64,000 bases of DNA. Source: Afipia sp. Its GTDB lineage: Bacteria; Pseudomonadota; Alphaproteobacteria; Rhizobiales; Xanthobacteraceae. Positions 1 to 9,951 of this stretch are shown here, piece after piece. Made by a program: the position numbers and the translations under genes. The DNA lies in the NCBI GenBank assembly GCA_017308595.1, contig JAFKER010000014.1:15062-79061 (forward strand), given 5' to 3'. Below the pieces are notes generated by a model. It saw only the letters and a program-made list of their open reading frames with translations. It had not been told where the DNA came from and did not search any database. The number at the start of each line of letters is the position of its first letter. Position 1 is the stretch's first letter.

Positions 1-1835
1 GGCTTCACCCGCTTGCCGCCGTTCGCAAACATCGAATAGGCGGTGACCATGCGCATCACCGTCGTTTCGCCCGCGCCGAGCGCGTAGGACAGATAGTTCG
101 GCAGTTCGTCATAGATTCCGAAGCGCTTGGCGTATTCGCCGATCAGCGGCATCCCGACGTCTTGCGCAAGGCGCACGGTCACGGTGTTGAGCGAACGGAT
201 CAGCGCGTTGCGCAGCGTCGTCGGCCCGTAATACTTGCCTGTCGAATAGTTTTCCGGCCGCCATACGCCCGCGCCCTGCCCCTGATCGATTTCGATGGGA
301 GCGTCGACGACAACGGTTGATGGCGTATAGCCATTGTCCATCGCGGTCGAATAGACAATCGGTTTGAAGGACGAACCCGGCTGACGATAGGCCTGTGTCG
401 CACGGTTGAACTGGCTTTGATCGAACGAGAAGCCGCCGACCATGGCGACGACGCGCCCGGTCCACGGATCCATCGCGACCATCGCGCCGGAGACTTCCGG
501 CACCTGACGAAGACGATATTGCCCCTCGACCTTGTTGCCGTCCTTGTCCAGCAAAGGATCGACGTAGATTACATCACCCGGCGACAGCACCTGCGTCACC
601 GCGGTCGGTGTCTTGAAGCGTGTCGGACCGGCAGCCGCCTTCGCCCATCGCACGCCGTCGAGCGAGATCAGACCCGTATCGCGGGTCTTGGAAACCGCTC
701 CGCCCAATTCCCGGCCCGGCTGGAAGCCGACGCGCGCGGATTGATCGTTGGCCTCGAGAACCACCGCCATGCGCCATGGCGAAATGTCGGAGAGCGACTT
801 GACGTCCGCAAGCTTCACGCCCCAATCGCCGGTAATGTCGATCTTGTTTGGAGCCCCGCGCCAGCCTTGCGCTTCGTCAAACTTGACGAGGCCAGCCACC
901 ATCGACTTGCGCGCCATCATCTGAAGTTTGGGATCGAGCGAGGTGCGGACCGAGAGCCCGCCTTCATAGAGCTTCTTCTCGCCATAGCGCTCGAAGATGT
1001 CACGACGGACTTCTTCCGCGAAGTACTCGCCAGCAAAAATATGGCCCGCATTGGAACGCGACGTGACGTTCAGCGGTTCCTTGCGCGCGGCAACAGCGTC
1101 CGCCTGCTTGATCCATCCGTTTTCAAGCAACCGGTCGATCACGTAGTTTCGGCGCTCGATGGCACGATCGCGATTGCGCACCGGATGCAGGCTCGACGGC
1201 GCCTTCGGCAGAGCCGCGAGATAAGCCGCTTCGGCAACGGTCAATTCGTTGACCGATTTATCGAAATAAACCAGCGACGCTGCGGCAATGCCGTAAGCAC
1301 TCAGGCCGAGATAGATTTCATTGAGATACAGTTCGAGGATCTTGTCCTTGGTGTAGGTGCGCTCGATACGCATCGCCAGCAAGGCTTCCTTGATCTTGCG
1401 GTTGAACGACACTTCGTTGGTCAGAAGGAAGTTCTTCGCGACCTGCTGGGTGATCGTGGACGCGCCTTGGGGACGGCGGTTGGAGCCGAAGTTCTGCGCA
1501 TACAGAACCGCGGCACGGGCCATGCCTGTGAAATCGATGCCGCCGTGCTCGTAGAAGTTTTTGTCTTCCGCTGCGAGGAACGCGTTGATGACCGGCTTCG
1601 GGATCGCCTGGATCGGAAGATAAAGACGGCGCTCTTTCGAATACTCACCGAGCAGCGAGCCGTCCGCGGCATGGACACGTGTCATCACCGCCGGCTCATA
1701 ATCCTGCAACTGCGAGTAGTCCGGCAGATCCTTGGAGAAGTGCCAGATCAACCCAGCCACGGCTCCCACGCCGACGAGGAACACGATCGTTCCGGCCGCA
1801 AACAGGAAGCCCATGAACCGCAACAGCAAGCGCAT
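1..1835 (-). CDS. mrcA: Penicillin-binding protein 1A (class A PBP), truncated by the window edge
   Basis: Translated by hand; absent from the ORF track because there is no stop in the window. Start ATG at 1833-1835 (MRLLLRFMGFLFAAG, TM anchor). Transglycosylase motifs EDKNFYEHGG and GASTITQQVAKNFLL; transpeptidase motif RQPGSSFKP. Confidence 0.93.
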   Translation of the reverse strand, partial: MRLLLRFMGFLFAAGTIVFLVGVGAVAGLIWHFSKDLPDYSQLQDYEPAVMTRVHAADGSLLGEYSKERRLYLPIQAIPKPVINAFLAAEDKNFYEHGGIDFTGMARAAVLYAQNFGSNRRPQGASTITQQVAKNFLLTNEVSFNRKIKEALLAMRIERTYTKDKILELYLNEIYLGLSAYGIAAASLVYFDKSVNELTVAEAAYLAALPKAPSSLHPVRNRDRAIERRNYVIDRLLENGWIKQADAVAARKEPLNVTSRSNAGHIFAGEYFAEEVRRDIFERYGEKKLYEGGLSVRTSLDPKLQMMARKSMVAGLVKFDEAQGWRGAPNKIDITGDWGVKLADVKSLSDISPWRMAVVLEANDQSARVGFQPGRELGGAVSKTRDTGLISLDGVRWAKAAAGPTRFKTPTAVTQVLSPGDVIYVDPLLDKDGNKVEGQYRLRQVPEVSGAMVAMDPWTGRVVAMVGGFSFDQSQFNRATQAYRQPGSSFKPIVYSTAMDNGYTPSTVVVDAPIEIDQGQGAGVWRPENYSTGKYYGPTTLRNALIRSLNTVTVRLAQDVGMPLIGEYAKRFGIYDELPNYLSYALGAGETTVMRMVTAYSMFANGGKRVK

Positions 1836-2025
1836 CGTCTGTATCCGTCCTTAGCGTCTCTGTGCGATCATTGCGCACGTCGGGATTCCGAACCGGACTA
1901 TACCATCCACCCTTAGGGGCGTGGGCCGATTCTGATCCCTTGCGACCTGAATTCCTATAGAGCCGCCGCTGTGGCCAAACTAGGGCTTCGATGATGATTC
2001 CGCTGCGAATTCAAGCCGAAGGCGT

Positions 2026-3312
2026 TTATTTCGAAGTCCCGGCGGAAACCACGCGTTTTCCGAGGAAGGCATCCACCGCTTGCGCGACGGAACCGACCGT
2101 CCGCGAACGCCAGTTTTCCGAAACCAGATGCTGCAGGTCGTCCTTGTTCGAGACGTAGCCGAGTTCGACCAGCACGGACGGGACATCATGCGCCTTGAGG
2201 ACCTTGAAGCCGGCTGACTTCAGCGGGTGCTTATGCATCCGAGCGACGGTCTTCATCTCATTGGCCAGCATCTTGGCAAATCGATTTGAAAACGTCCGGG
2301 TCTCACGCTGGGTCAGATCGATCAGAATATCCGCCACCTCGGCGGGCTCTTCCGTCAGGTTGATACCGGCAATGGCATCGGCCTTGTTCTCCGCCTCGGC
2401 GAGCTTTTCGGCCTCCGCGTCAGACGCCTTGTCCGAGAGCGTATAGATCGTGGCGCCCTGCGCATCGCCTTCCCGTTTTGGCAACGCATCGGCATGGATC
2501 GAAACGAACAGCGCAGCCATGTTGCTGCGTGCGATCTTCACGCGTTCTCCAAGCGGGATGAAGGTGTCGTCGTCCCGGGTCATCACCACGCGGAACTTTC
2601 CGCCTTTCTCGATCCGGTCCCGAAGAGCCTTGGCGAAATCGAGAACGATTGTTTTTTCGGCCTCACCGCTGGCAGCCTGGGTCCCGTTGTCGACGCCCCC
2701 ATGGCCAGCATCGATCACAATCACAGGCCGGGCATCGTTCGCCCTGGCGGACCCGGTCGCGCCTGTGGTTTCACTGGAACTATCGGCAACAATCGTCGGG
2801 CGCAGTTGAATCTTTTCGCCCGCTGCCTGCGCAGCCTTGAAAGCTGCGCGGTCGACGGCGGCAAGTTCGACCACAAGCCGCGACGGCTGCCCGTTCGCGG
2901 CATCCATGACGTAGGCTTTTTCGACCTTTGCCGGGCCGGTCAGATCGAAAACCACGCGCGACCCACCGGGCATCACGAGGCCGTAGCGAAACGCACGAAT
3001 CAGCCCTCGCCCCGAAGCGCCGGTCCCGGCCGGGAGATCGAAGGTCACCTGAGGAATGTCGAGGACAACCCGATAAGGATCGCCGAGTACGAATGCTCGC
3101 ACGTCTATCTTGCGATCGAGGTCCAGGATGAAGCGGGTTTGCTTGGAGTCGCCCGCCACGCGCACGTCGGAGGCGACTGGAAAGGCTTCCGCAACCGCCG
3201 GCTGCGCCGGGCGCGACTCAACCGCATGGGCCGCCGGAATCATGGAACACAGGAATGCTGCAGCGCACACCCAAAAGGCAGCCCCAAATGTGCGTATTTT
3301 CCTGAGGTTCAT
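2026..3312 (-). CDS. amiC: N-acetylmuramoyl-L-alanine amidase (AMIN + Amidase_3)
   Basis: Motifs VIVIDAGHGGVD, EK, LFVSIHADA, VLVELGY. Signal peptide after MNLRKIRTF, so the start was moved from 3744 to 3312. Confidence 0.92.
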   Translation of the reverse strand: MNLRKIRTFGAAFWVCAAAFLCSMIPAAHAVESRPAQPAVAEAFPVASDVRVAGDSKQTRFILDLDRKIDVRAFVLGDPYRVVLDIPQVTFDLPAGTGASGRGLIRAFRYGLVMPGGSRVVFDLTGPAKVEKAYVMDAANGQPSRLVVELAAVDRAAFKAAQAAGEKIQLRPTIVADSSSETTGATGSARANDARPVIVIDAGHGGVDNGTQAASGEAEKTIVLDFAKALRDRIEKGGKFRVVMTRDDDTFIPLGERVKIARSNMAALFVSIHADALPKREGDAQGATIYTLSDKASDAEAEKLAEAENKADAIAGINLTEEPAEVADILIDLTQRETRTFSNRFAKMLANEMKTVARMHKHPLKSAGFKVLKAHDVPSVLVELGYVSNKDDLQHLVSENWRSRTVGSVAQAVDAFLGKRVVSAGTSK

Positions 3313-3362
3313 CGACAAATCCGCAGCCTCCGGACACCTCATACCGCAATAGAACCGCACAG

Positions 3363-3377
3363 TTAACGGCGGCTTAC
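3363..3377. promoter_or_regulatory. Possible CtrA box upstream of amiC
   Basis: TTAA-cggcggc-TTAC (reverse strand GTAA-N7-TTAAC), one mismatch to TTAA-N7-TTAA, about 50 bp upstream of the amidase start. Confidence 0.45.
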
Positions 3378-4036
3378 CAACGGCGGGACGATTGCCGCGC
3401 TGTGTTGCAGCGCTGTGACGCTTCGCTTGCCAGAACGCGGTGTTCGACGTATGTATGAAGGGCTGACGGTTTAAACTTGCGGTTGTGTCGCGTTCAGCTT
3501 CCCGGTGCAGCGCCTGTTCCTCGCATTCAGTTAGAGGTTCCAGCGTACCTTCCGACCCTCTCCAGCCAGCGCAGCGCGCGGTTGACACGGAGCGGCGGTT
3601 ACCAGCCCGAGCGGCTACTCCCATAACCGGCGACTGCTGCTGCAAGGCAGCGGACCATCGAGAGCCAGCGCGCGCACCATGCGCTGCGGTGGCACTGTCA
3701 GCAGCGAACCGGCTGCCCACGTCGGCGGCAGGATATGGCGGCACCTTGCCGCCCCAGTATACGGCGGCTTTGGCCGCCCAACGAATTAAACGGGCCGACG
3801 CTTGATGCGCCAGACTCTATTGCCGAACGGGATTGTTCAAAAGATCCCATCGATGCCAGCAACGATACGACGCGAAACTTTTCCGCGTCGCGCTTCGCTG
3901 ACATCGCGGTCGGCATGGTGCCTCGGGTGGCGTTTTGGCCTTCCCCTCACCCCCGAATCAGGTGGACCGTCACGAACCCCGGCTAAGCGCCACGCGCTGG
4001 CCGCCGAACGTGCCGTTCGCCGTCAAGAGCTCCAAA

Positions 4037-7000
4037 ATGCCCAACAAAATGTTGATCGATGCGACCCACCCGGAAGAGACCCGGGTGGTCGTGGTCCGCG
4101 GCAATCGCGTCGAGGAATTTGATTTCGAGTCTGCCCAGCGCAAGCAACTGCGCGGCAATATCTATCTCGCCAAGGTTACGCGCGTTGAGCCGTCACTGCA
4201 GGCTGCCTTCATTGAGTACGGCGGCAACCGTCACGGTTTCCTTGCCTTCAGCGAAATCCATCCCGATTACTATCAGATCCCGGTTGCCGATCGTCAGGCC
4301 CTGATCGAGGCCGACGAGCGTGCGCACCGCGAAGCCGAGGAAGAAAACGAAAATCGCGCCAGCCGCCGGCGTTCGCGTCATCGCAGTTCCCGGCGCCGCG
4401 ATCGCGGCGAGCGTGTCCAGAGCGAGATCGTTGAAGGCGCGAGCTCGGAAGGCGATACCCAACCGCACGCAGATGCCGCACAGGTCGGCGACCATGCGCC
4501 GGACTATCCGCATGGTGCCGATTCCGCGCATCACGACGATCAGGGTCACGACAGCCACGATCATTCTGCTCAGGCGCTTGACGCGCATGGTCAGGATGAC
4601 CACGGCCATGACGACCACGGTGATCACGCTCATGAGACTCCGCACGAGGCGTCCAACACCGCGGCTCGCTTAAGCGAAGATGCCCCTGCCATATCTCCGG
4701 TCAGCGACGACGCCCCGGTGGAATCCGCCAGTGCTGGCGGCACCGACGTATCCCATGATGATGATCATCACCACGATGACCATCATGAAAATGACCATGC
4801 GCACGACGAGCCGCATGATCATGAATCGGACGATGTGTCCCACGCCTCTGATGCCATCGCCCTTGGTGAGGATCACCAGGACGAGCACCACGCCGACGAT
4901 GCGGACGGCGAAGATGACGAAGACGGCGACGACGCCGAGGAAGAAGTTGTCGAGTCGGTTGGCGGTGACGACGTGCTGGAGGAAGTTCCGGAGCGAGCCT
5001 TCCGTCCGCGCCGCCAGTACAAGATTCAGGAAGTCATCAAGCGCCGCCAGGTGATGCTGGTTCAGGTCGTGAAGGAAGAGCGCGGCAACAAAGGCGCGGC
5101 GCTGACGACCTATCTCTCGCTCGCCGGACGTTACGCCGTTCTGATGCCGAACACCGCTCGCGGCGGCGGCATCAGCCGCAAGATCACCTCGGCGCAGGAT
5201 CGCAACCGCCTCAAGGACGTGGTGCAGGATCTCGATGTGCCGGAAGGCATGGGGATCATCCTGCGCACGGCAGGCGCATCCCGCACCAAGCCCGAAATCA
5301 AGCGTGACTTCGAGTATCTGATCCGGATGTGGGAAACCGTCCGCGACACCACGCTCAAATCGCAGGCACCGACCCTCGTTTACGAAGAAGGCTCGTTGAT
5401 CAAGCGTTCGCTGCGCGATCTGTACAACAAGGAAATCGACGAAGTTCTTGTGGCAGGTGAATCCGGCTTCACGGAAGCCCGCGACTTCATGAAGATGCTG
5501 ATGCCGAGCAACGTCCGCTCCGTAAAGCAGTATCGCGACGGCCAGCCGCTCTTCTCGCGCATGGGCGTCGAGAGCCAGTTGGACGCGATGTTCTCGCCGA
5601 CAGTGACGTTGCGATCGGGCGGCTACATTGTCATCAACCAGACCGAAGCGCTGGTTTCGATCGACGTGAACTCGGGCCGCTCGACCCGTGAACACCATAT
5701 CGAAGATACCGCGCTCAAGACCAATCTCGAAGCCGCTGAAGAAGTCGCTCGTCAGCTCCGGCTCCGCGACCTCGCGGGCCTGATCGTTATCGACTTCATC
5801 GACATGGACGAGAAGCGGAACAACCGTGCGGTCGAGCGCAAACTCAGCGACTGCCTGCGTCAGGACCGCGCCCGCATCCAGGTGGGACGTATCTCGCACT
5901 TCGGATTGCTCGAGATGTCGCGCCAGCGCATCCGCGCCAGCGTGCTGGAAAGCTCCACCGAGCCCTGCCCGCATTGCGGCGGCACCGGCCATGTCCGTTC
6001 GGTCTCGTCCGTCGCGTTGCAGTTGCTGCGCGGGCTCGAAGAAAACCTCATGAAGGGGCCGACCCACAATCTCACGGTACGCACGCGCACCGATGTCGCG
6101 CTCTATGTGCTGAATCACAAGCGCGGCCATCTGCGCGATCTCGAGAACAGCTTCAAGGTCACGCTGGCGGTGATCGCCGATGCGACGATCAGCGGTCAAC
6201 AGTCCTTCGTGATTGATCGTGGCGAGGCCGTGCATACGCTCGAAGCCGCCAAGGCGATTCTCGCCGCTCAGCTCGCAGCTTCCCCTGCCGTGGTCGAGGA
6301 CACCTACGATTACGGGGACGATGAAACCTTCGAGGCCGAAGCCGAGTTCGAAGGCGATGATGACGCCGAGGGCGAAAGCGACGGTGACGAAGCCCAGTCC
6401 GCGAGCAGCCCTTCAGAAGGCGAAGAAGGACCGCGCCGCAAGCGCCGCCGCCGCCGCCGCGGTCGTGGCGGGGAAACCCGCGAGGGTGCGCAGGCTGGCG
6501 AACGGGGCGAGTCAGCTGGGGTTGTCCCGCAGGATGACACCGTCGAAGCCGGTGATACCGACGAAGGCGACGACGAGCAGGATGAAACAAACGGCGAAGC
6601 TCGTGCCGAACAGGGGCCGAATGGCGAGCGCCGTCCGCGCCGCCGCGGTCGCCGTGGTGGCCGTCGCCGTCGGGGCAATGGCGAAGCTGGCCAAAGCGAT
6701 GGCACCCAGCCGGGTGAAGGGATCGTCTCGACGATAGCTGACGATCTTGATCCCCCGGCCGAGCCCGAATCCACTGAAGCGGCGGCCGATCTCTCCGCAC
6801 CGGCCGAGCCGGTTCGCGTGGAAGCTCCGGCACCCGCTCCGCAGCCTGAGCCAGAGCCTGTGTCGCATCACATCGCGGCCGCGGACAACGCTGACGTGAC
6901 GCCGCGCAAGCGATCGACCGTCCGCGAAAAGGTCAGCTTCTTCTTCGGAGAATCTCCGAAAGCGGAACCAGCGCCTGCAGAAACGCCGGTTGCGTCAAAC

Positions 7001-7078
7001 GAACCCGCGCCTTCAGAACAGTCAAACGAGACGGCCGCGCCTCGCCGTGCGGGCTGGTGGTCGCGCCGCGGGGAGTAA
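4037..7078 (+). CDS. rne: Ribonuclease E (Rne/Rng family)
   Basis: N-terminus MPNKMLIDATHPEETRVVV; GNIYLAKVTRVEPSLQAAF; SIDVNSGR; CPHCGG Zn-link; Arg-rich patches; C-terminal GWW motif. Start set at ATG 4037. Confidence 0.96.
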   Translation: MPNKMLIDATHPEETRVVVVRGNRVEEFDFESAQRKQLRGNIYLAKVTRVEPSLQAAFIEYGGNRHGFLAFSEIHPDYYQIPVADRQALIEADERAHREAEEENENRASRRRSRHRSSRRRDRGERVQSEIVEGASSEGDTQPHADAAQVGDHAPDYPHGADSAHHDDQGHDSHDHSAQALDAHGQDDHGHDDHGDHAHETPHEASNTAARLSEDAPAISPVSDDAPVESASAGGTDVSHDDDHHHDDHHENDHAHDEPHDHESDDVSHASDAIALGEDHQDEHHADDADGEDDEDGDDAEEEVVESVGGDDVLEEVPERAFRPRRQYKIQEVIKRRQVMLVQVVKEERGNKGAALTTYLSLAGRYAVLMPNTARGGGISRKITSAQDRNRLKDVVQDLDVPEGMGIILRTAGASRTKPEIKRDFEYLIRMWETVRDTTLKSQAPTLVYEEGSLIKRSLRDLYNKEIDEVLVAGESGFTEARDFMKMLMPSNVRSVKQYRDGQPLFSRMGVESQLDAMFSPTVTLRSGGYIVINQTEALVSIDVNSGRSTREHHIEDTALKTNLEAAEEVARQLRLRDLAGLIVIDFIDMDEKRNNRAVERKLSDCLRQDRARIQVGRISHFGLLEMSRQRIRASVLESSTEPCPHCGGTGHVRSVSSVALQLLRGLEENLMKGPTHNLTVRTRTDVALYVLNHKRGHLRDLENSFKVTLAVIADATISGQQSFVIDRGEAVHTLEAAKAILAAQLAASPAVVEDTYDYGDDETFEAEAEFEGDDDAEGESDGDEAQSASSPSEGEEGPRRKRRRRRRGRGGETREGAQAGERGESAGVVPQDDTVEAGDTDEGDDEQDETNGEARAEQGPNGERRPRRRGRRGGRRRRGNGEAGQSDGTQPGEGIVSTIADDLDPPAEPESTEAAADLSAPAEPVRVEAPAPAPQPEPEPVSHHIAAADNADVTPRKRSTVREKVSFFFGESPKAEPAPAETPVASNEPAPSEQSNETAAPRRAGWWSRRGE

Positions 7079-7098
7079 TCGCACCCGCTATTCAAAAC

Positions 7099-7134
7099 AA
7101 AACCGCCCGCTTCACAGCGGGCGGTTTTCTTTTT
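7099..7134. terminator. Bidirectional intrinsic terminator between rne and the aminotransferase
   Basis: aaaaccgcccgc-ttcaca-gcgggcggtttt, then a T-run; lies between convergent genes. Confidence 0.85.
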
Positions 7135-7153
7135 GGCTTCCGTGTCCCGCAGT

Positions 7154-8341
7154 TCACCCCTTCGATAGCCAGCGGGTGATCCGTGCCACCGCATCGGTAA
7201 TCTCCTGCGTCGAGCGCGAATACGAAAAGCGCACGAAGGACTTTCCGTGGAACGGATCGAAATCCACGCCCGGCGTCGCTGCGACATGCGCCTGCTGCAG
7301 CATCGCCTTGGCGAATTCAAAACTGTCGGAATTGAACTTTGAGATATCCGCGTAAAGATAAAATGCGCCGTCCACCGGCAGGAACTCGGTTAGGCCGACC
7401 TTCGGCAGACCTTCGATCAGGATGCGCCGGTTCTCTTCATAACCGTGCTTGATCACATCCATCTCGGCGCAACCGTCGAACGCCGCTTCGGCTGCAATCT
7501 GCGACAGCGTCGGCACTGAAATCGAAAGATTCTGCTGCAGGGTTTCAACAGATCGCACCAATTGCTCCGGCACGACGATCCAGCCGACGCGCCAGCCGGT
7601 CATGCAGAAGTACTTCGAGAATGAATTGATGATGATCGCTTCGGACGACAATTCCGCGGCCGTGACCGCAGGGAATGCGTAGTCGAGGCCATGATAGATC
7701 TCGTCCGAAATGAACCGGATGCCTGCGCTATCCGCCGCCGCAATCAGGTCGGACATGGCTTCGCGCGTCATCATGGTGCCGGTTGGATTGGCCGGGCTGG
7801 CAACCAGCACGCCTTTCAGCGGCGTCTTGCGATGCGTCTCGAGCAGCATCTCTCCCGTCAAGGCATGTCGAGTCGCGCTGGTGGTTTCGATCAAAACCGG
7901 CTCGCAGCCGAGCGCGCGCAGGATATGACGGTAAGGCGGATAGCCTGGCGAGGTAATCGCCACCCTGTCGCCCGGCTCGAATGCCGACAGGAACGCAAGT
8001 ACAAACGCCCCAGATGAGCCGGTGGTGATCACGATGCGAGCAGGATCCACCTCCTGCTCGTAGGTTTCTCGGTAGTGGCGCGAAATCCGCCGTCGCAGCG
8101 ATGGAATACCAATCGCCGCCGTATAGTCGATCTTCCCGACATCGAGCGCCGCCCGAGCCGCAGCAATCGCCGTTTGCGGCGCAGGCGCAGCAGGTTGTCC
8201 CACCTCCATGTGAATCACATTGCCGCCCTCCGCCTCGATTTTGGCGGCGGCAGCCATCACATCCATCACCATGAACGGTGGAACATTGCCCCGGCTTGAG
8301 GGCACCAAAAGGGCTTTTGCCTTGTCTCTCACATCAAGCAT
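7154..8341 (-). CDS. PLP-dependent aminotransferase class I/II
   Basis: IHMEVGQP, ASPANPTG, ISDEIYHG, NSFSKYFCMTGWRVG (PLP lysine). Start MLDVRDK chosen over the extended ORF. Confidence 0.92.
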   Translation of the reverse strand: MLDVRDKAKALLVPSSRGNVPPFMVMDVMAAAAKIEAEGGNVIHMEVGQPAAPAPQTAIAAARAALDVGKIDYTAAIGIPSLRRRISRHYRETYEQEVDPARIVITTGSSGAFVLAFLSAFEPGDRVAITSPGYPPYRHILRALGCEPVLIETTSATRHALTGEMLLETHRKTPLKGVLVASPANPTGTMMTREAMSDLIAAADSAGIRFISDEIYHGLDYAFPAVTAAELSSEAIIINSFSKYFCMTGWRVGWIVVPEQLVRSVETLQQNLSISVPTLSQIAAEAAFDGCAEMDVIKHGYEENRRILIEGLPKVGLTEFLPVDGAFYLYADISKFNSDSFEFAKAMLQQAHVAATPGVDFDPFHGKSFVRFSYSRSTQEITDAVARITRWLSKG

Positions 8342-8485
8342 GAAATCTGCTATTCCCCGGGGGCGGCGACATGCCAGAAAGCATGAACGACCGTGCCGTT
8401 GTACTGCCGCATTCGGCGTCTTGTTAGATCGTGGTTTTAGCACCCTCCAGGCCGCCGCTCCATTGCCAAGCTCGCTGACCAAGCC

Positions 8486-9910
8486 ATGACAGAAGCCCTC
8501 TTGACCATGCCGCCCGAAGGCACGCCTATCCTCGTTCGGGCAGGCAAACGCATCTCGTCGCTCGCCCGGCGCGCAACGGCCGTTGCCACCGCCGCAGCGC
8601 TTCTTGTCGGCTCCTGGCCGGTTCACGCCCAGCAGGGCGGCCCTCCGCTGCTGCGTGACGCGGAAACCGAACAACTCCTGCGCGACTATACGCGCCCGAT
8701 CCTGCGTGCGGCAGGGCTTGAGAAGCAGAACATCCAGGTCGTCATCATCAACGATTCGACCTTCAATGCGTTCGTCGCCGACGGGCGCAGGATATTCGTC
8801 AACTACGGCGCGCTGCGCGAATCCGAAACACCGAACCAGATCATCGGCGTGCTCGCCCACGAGACTGGCCATCTCGCAGGGGGACATCTGGCAAAGCTGC
8901 GCGAACAGGTCTCCCGCGCGCAAACCCAGTTGATCATCGCGATGCTGCTGGGGCTAGGCGCTGCCGTCGCCGGCGCGCGGGCTGGCGCGGGAAACGCGGG
9001 GGCCGCAGCGGTTGCCGCGCCGCAGGCCGCGATCATGCGCACCATGTTGTCCTACCAGCGGCAACAGGAAGAAAATGCGGACAAGGCCGGCGTGAAATTC
9101 CTCAATGCCACCGGTCAGTCGGCGCGCGGCATGTACGAGACTTTCAAACGCTTCTCCGAACAAAGCCTGTACGCCGCCGCCGGTGCCGATCCCTACAACA
9201 TGTCCCATCCGATGCCGGCCGAACGCGTCCGGGCATTGGCGGAACTGGCCAGATCGAGTCCGTATTGGGACAAGAAGGACGATCCGGCCCTGCAGCTTCG
9301 TCACGACATGATGCGCGCCAAAGTTTCCGGCTTCATGGAGCGCCCGGACACGGTACTTCGCCGCTATCCGCCCTCGAACGACAGCCTGCCTGCCCGCTAC
9401 GCCCGCGCCATCGCGGCCTATCGTCACGGCGATCTGCGCAACGCCATGACCCAGATCGACGCTTTGATCCGCGTTCAGCCCAACAACCCTTATTTCTACG
9501 AGTTGAAGGGGCAAGCTTACCTGGAAGGCGGCAAGCCCAACGAAGCCATCGCGCCGCTGCGCAAGGCGGTCCAGTTGTCGAACAACGCGCCGCTCATCGA
9601 GATGTTACTTGGCCAGGCCTTCGTGGCATCCGAGAATAAGGCTTACACCGAGGAAGCCATCAGGATGCTGCGCTCGGCATTGGTGCGCGAACCCGAGGCT
9701 GCGCTTGGATATACCCAACTCGCGATGGCCTATGGCCGCAAGGGCGACTACGCGGAAGCCGATCTCGCCTCGGCGCAGGCTGCTTTTCTGCGCGGGGACC
9801 AGAAAACCGCACGCGATCTTGCATCGCGTGCGAAAACCAGATTTGCGATCGGCACGCCCGGCTGGGTGAAGGCCGACGACATTGTTAATACGAAGCCGAT
9901 AAAGAATTGA
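8486..9910 (+). CDS. M48 family metalloprotease with TPR repeats (BepA/YfgC-like)
   Basis: FNAFV, AHETGH zinc motif, EENAD, SHP, C-terminal TPR-like helices. Confidence 0.9.
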   Translation: MTEALLTMPPEGTPILVRAGKRISSLARRATAVATAAALLVGSWPVHAQQGGPPLLRDAETEQLLRDYTRPILRAAGLEKQNIQVVIINDSTFNAFVADGRRIFVNYGALRESETPNQIIGVLAHETGHLAGGHLAKLREQVSRAQTQLIIAMLLGLGAAVAGARAGAGNAGAAAVAAPQAAIMRTMLSYQRQQEENADKAGVKFLNATGQSARGMYETFKRFSEQSLYAAAGADPYNMSHPMPAERVRALAELARSSPYWDKKDDPALQLRHDMMRAKVSGFMERPDTVLRRYPPSNDSLPARYARAIAAYRHGDLRNAMTQIDALIRVQPNNPYFYELKGQAYLEGGKPNEAIAPLRKAVQLSNNAPLIEMLLGQAFVASENKAYTEEAIRMLRSALVREPEAALGYTQLAMAYGRKGDYAEADLASAQAAFLRGDQKTARDLASRAKTRFAIGTPGWVKADDIVNTKPIKN

Positions 9911-9951
9911 AACCCGGCAACATTCCGGTCAGCAGCTCCGAAGGAACATCC

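Noticed and set aside
417-1916. 499-aa plus-strand ORF (and similar long ORFs at 4670-6235, 27605-29263, 38004-39230, 48518-49798, 50415-51479 and 51672-52976)
   Set aside because: Antisense shadows of well-supported genes (PBP1A, rne, nrdJ, dehydrogenase/reductase, RND pair). Such ORFs are expected from high-GC codon bias and show no protein motifs.
3313-3744. N-terminal extensions in the ORF track (amidase to 3744, aminotransferase to 8923, hydrolase to 44611, deacylase to 56262)
   Set aside because: The extensions lack protein-like composition and overlap promoters or neighbouring genes; downstream starts fit signal peptides, RBSs and family lengths better.
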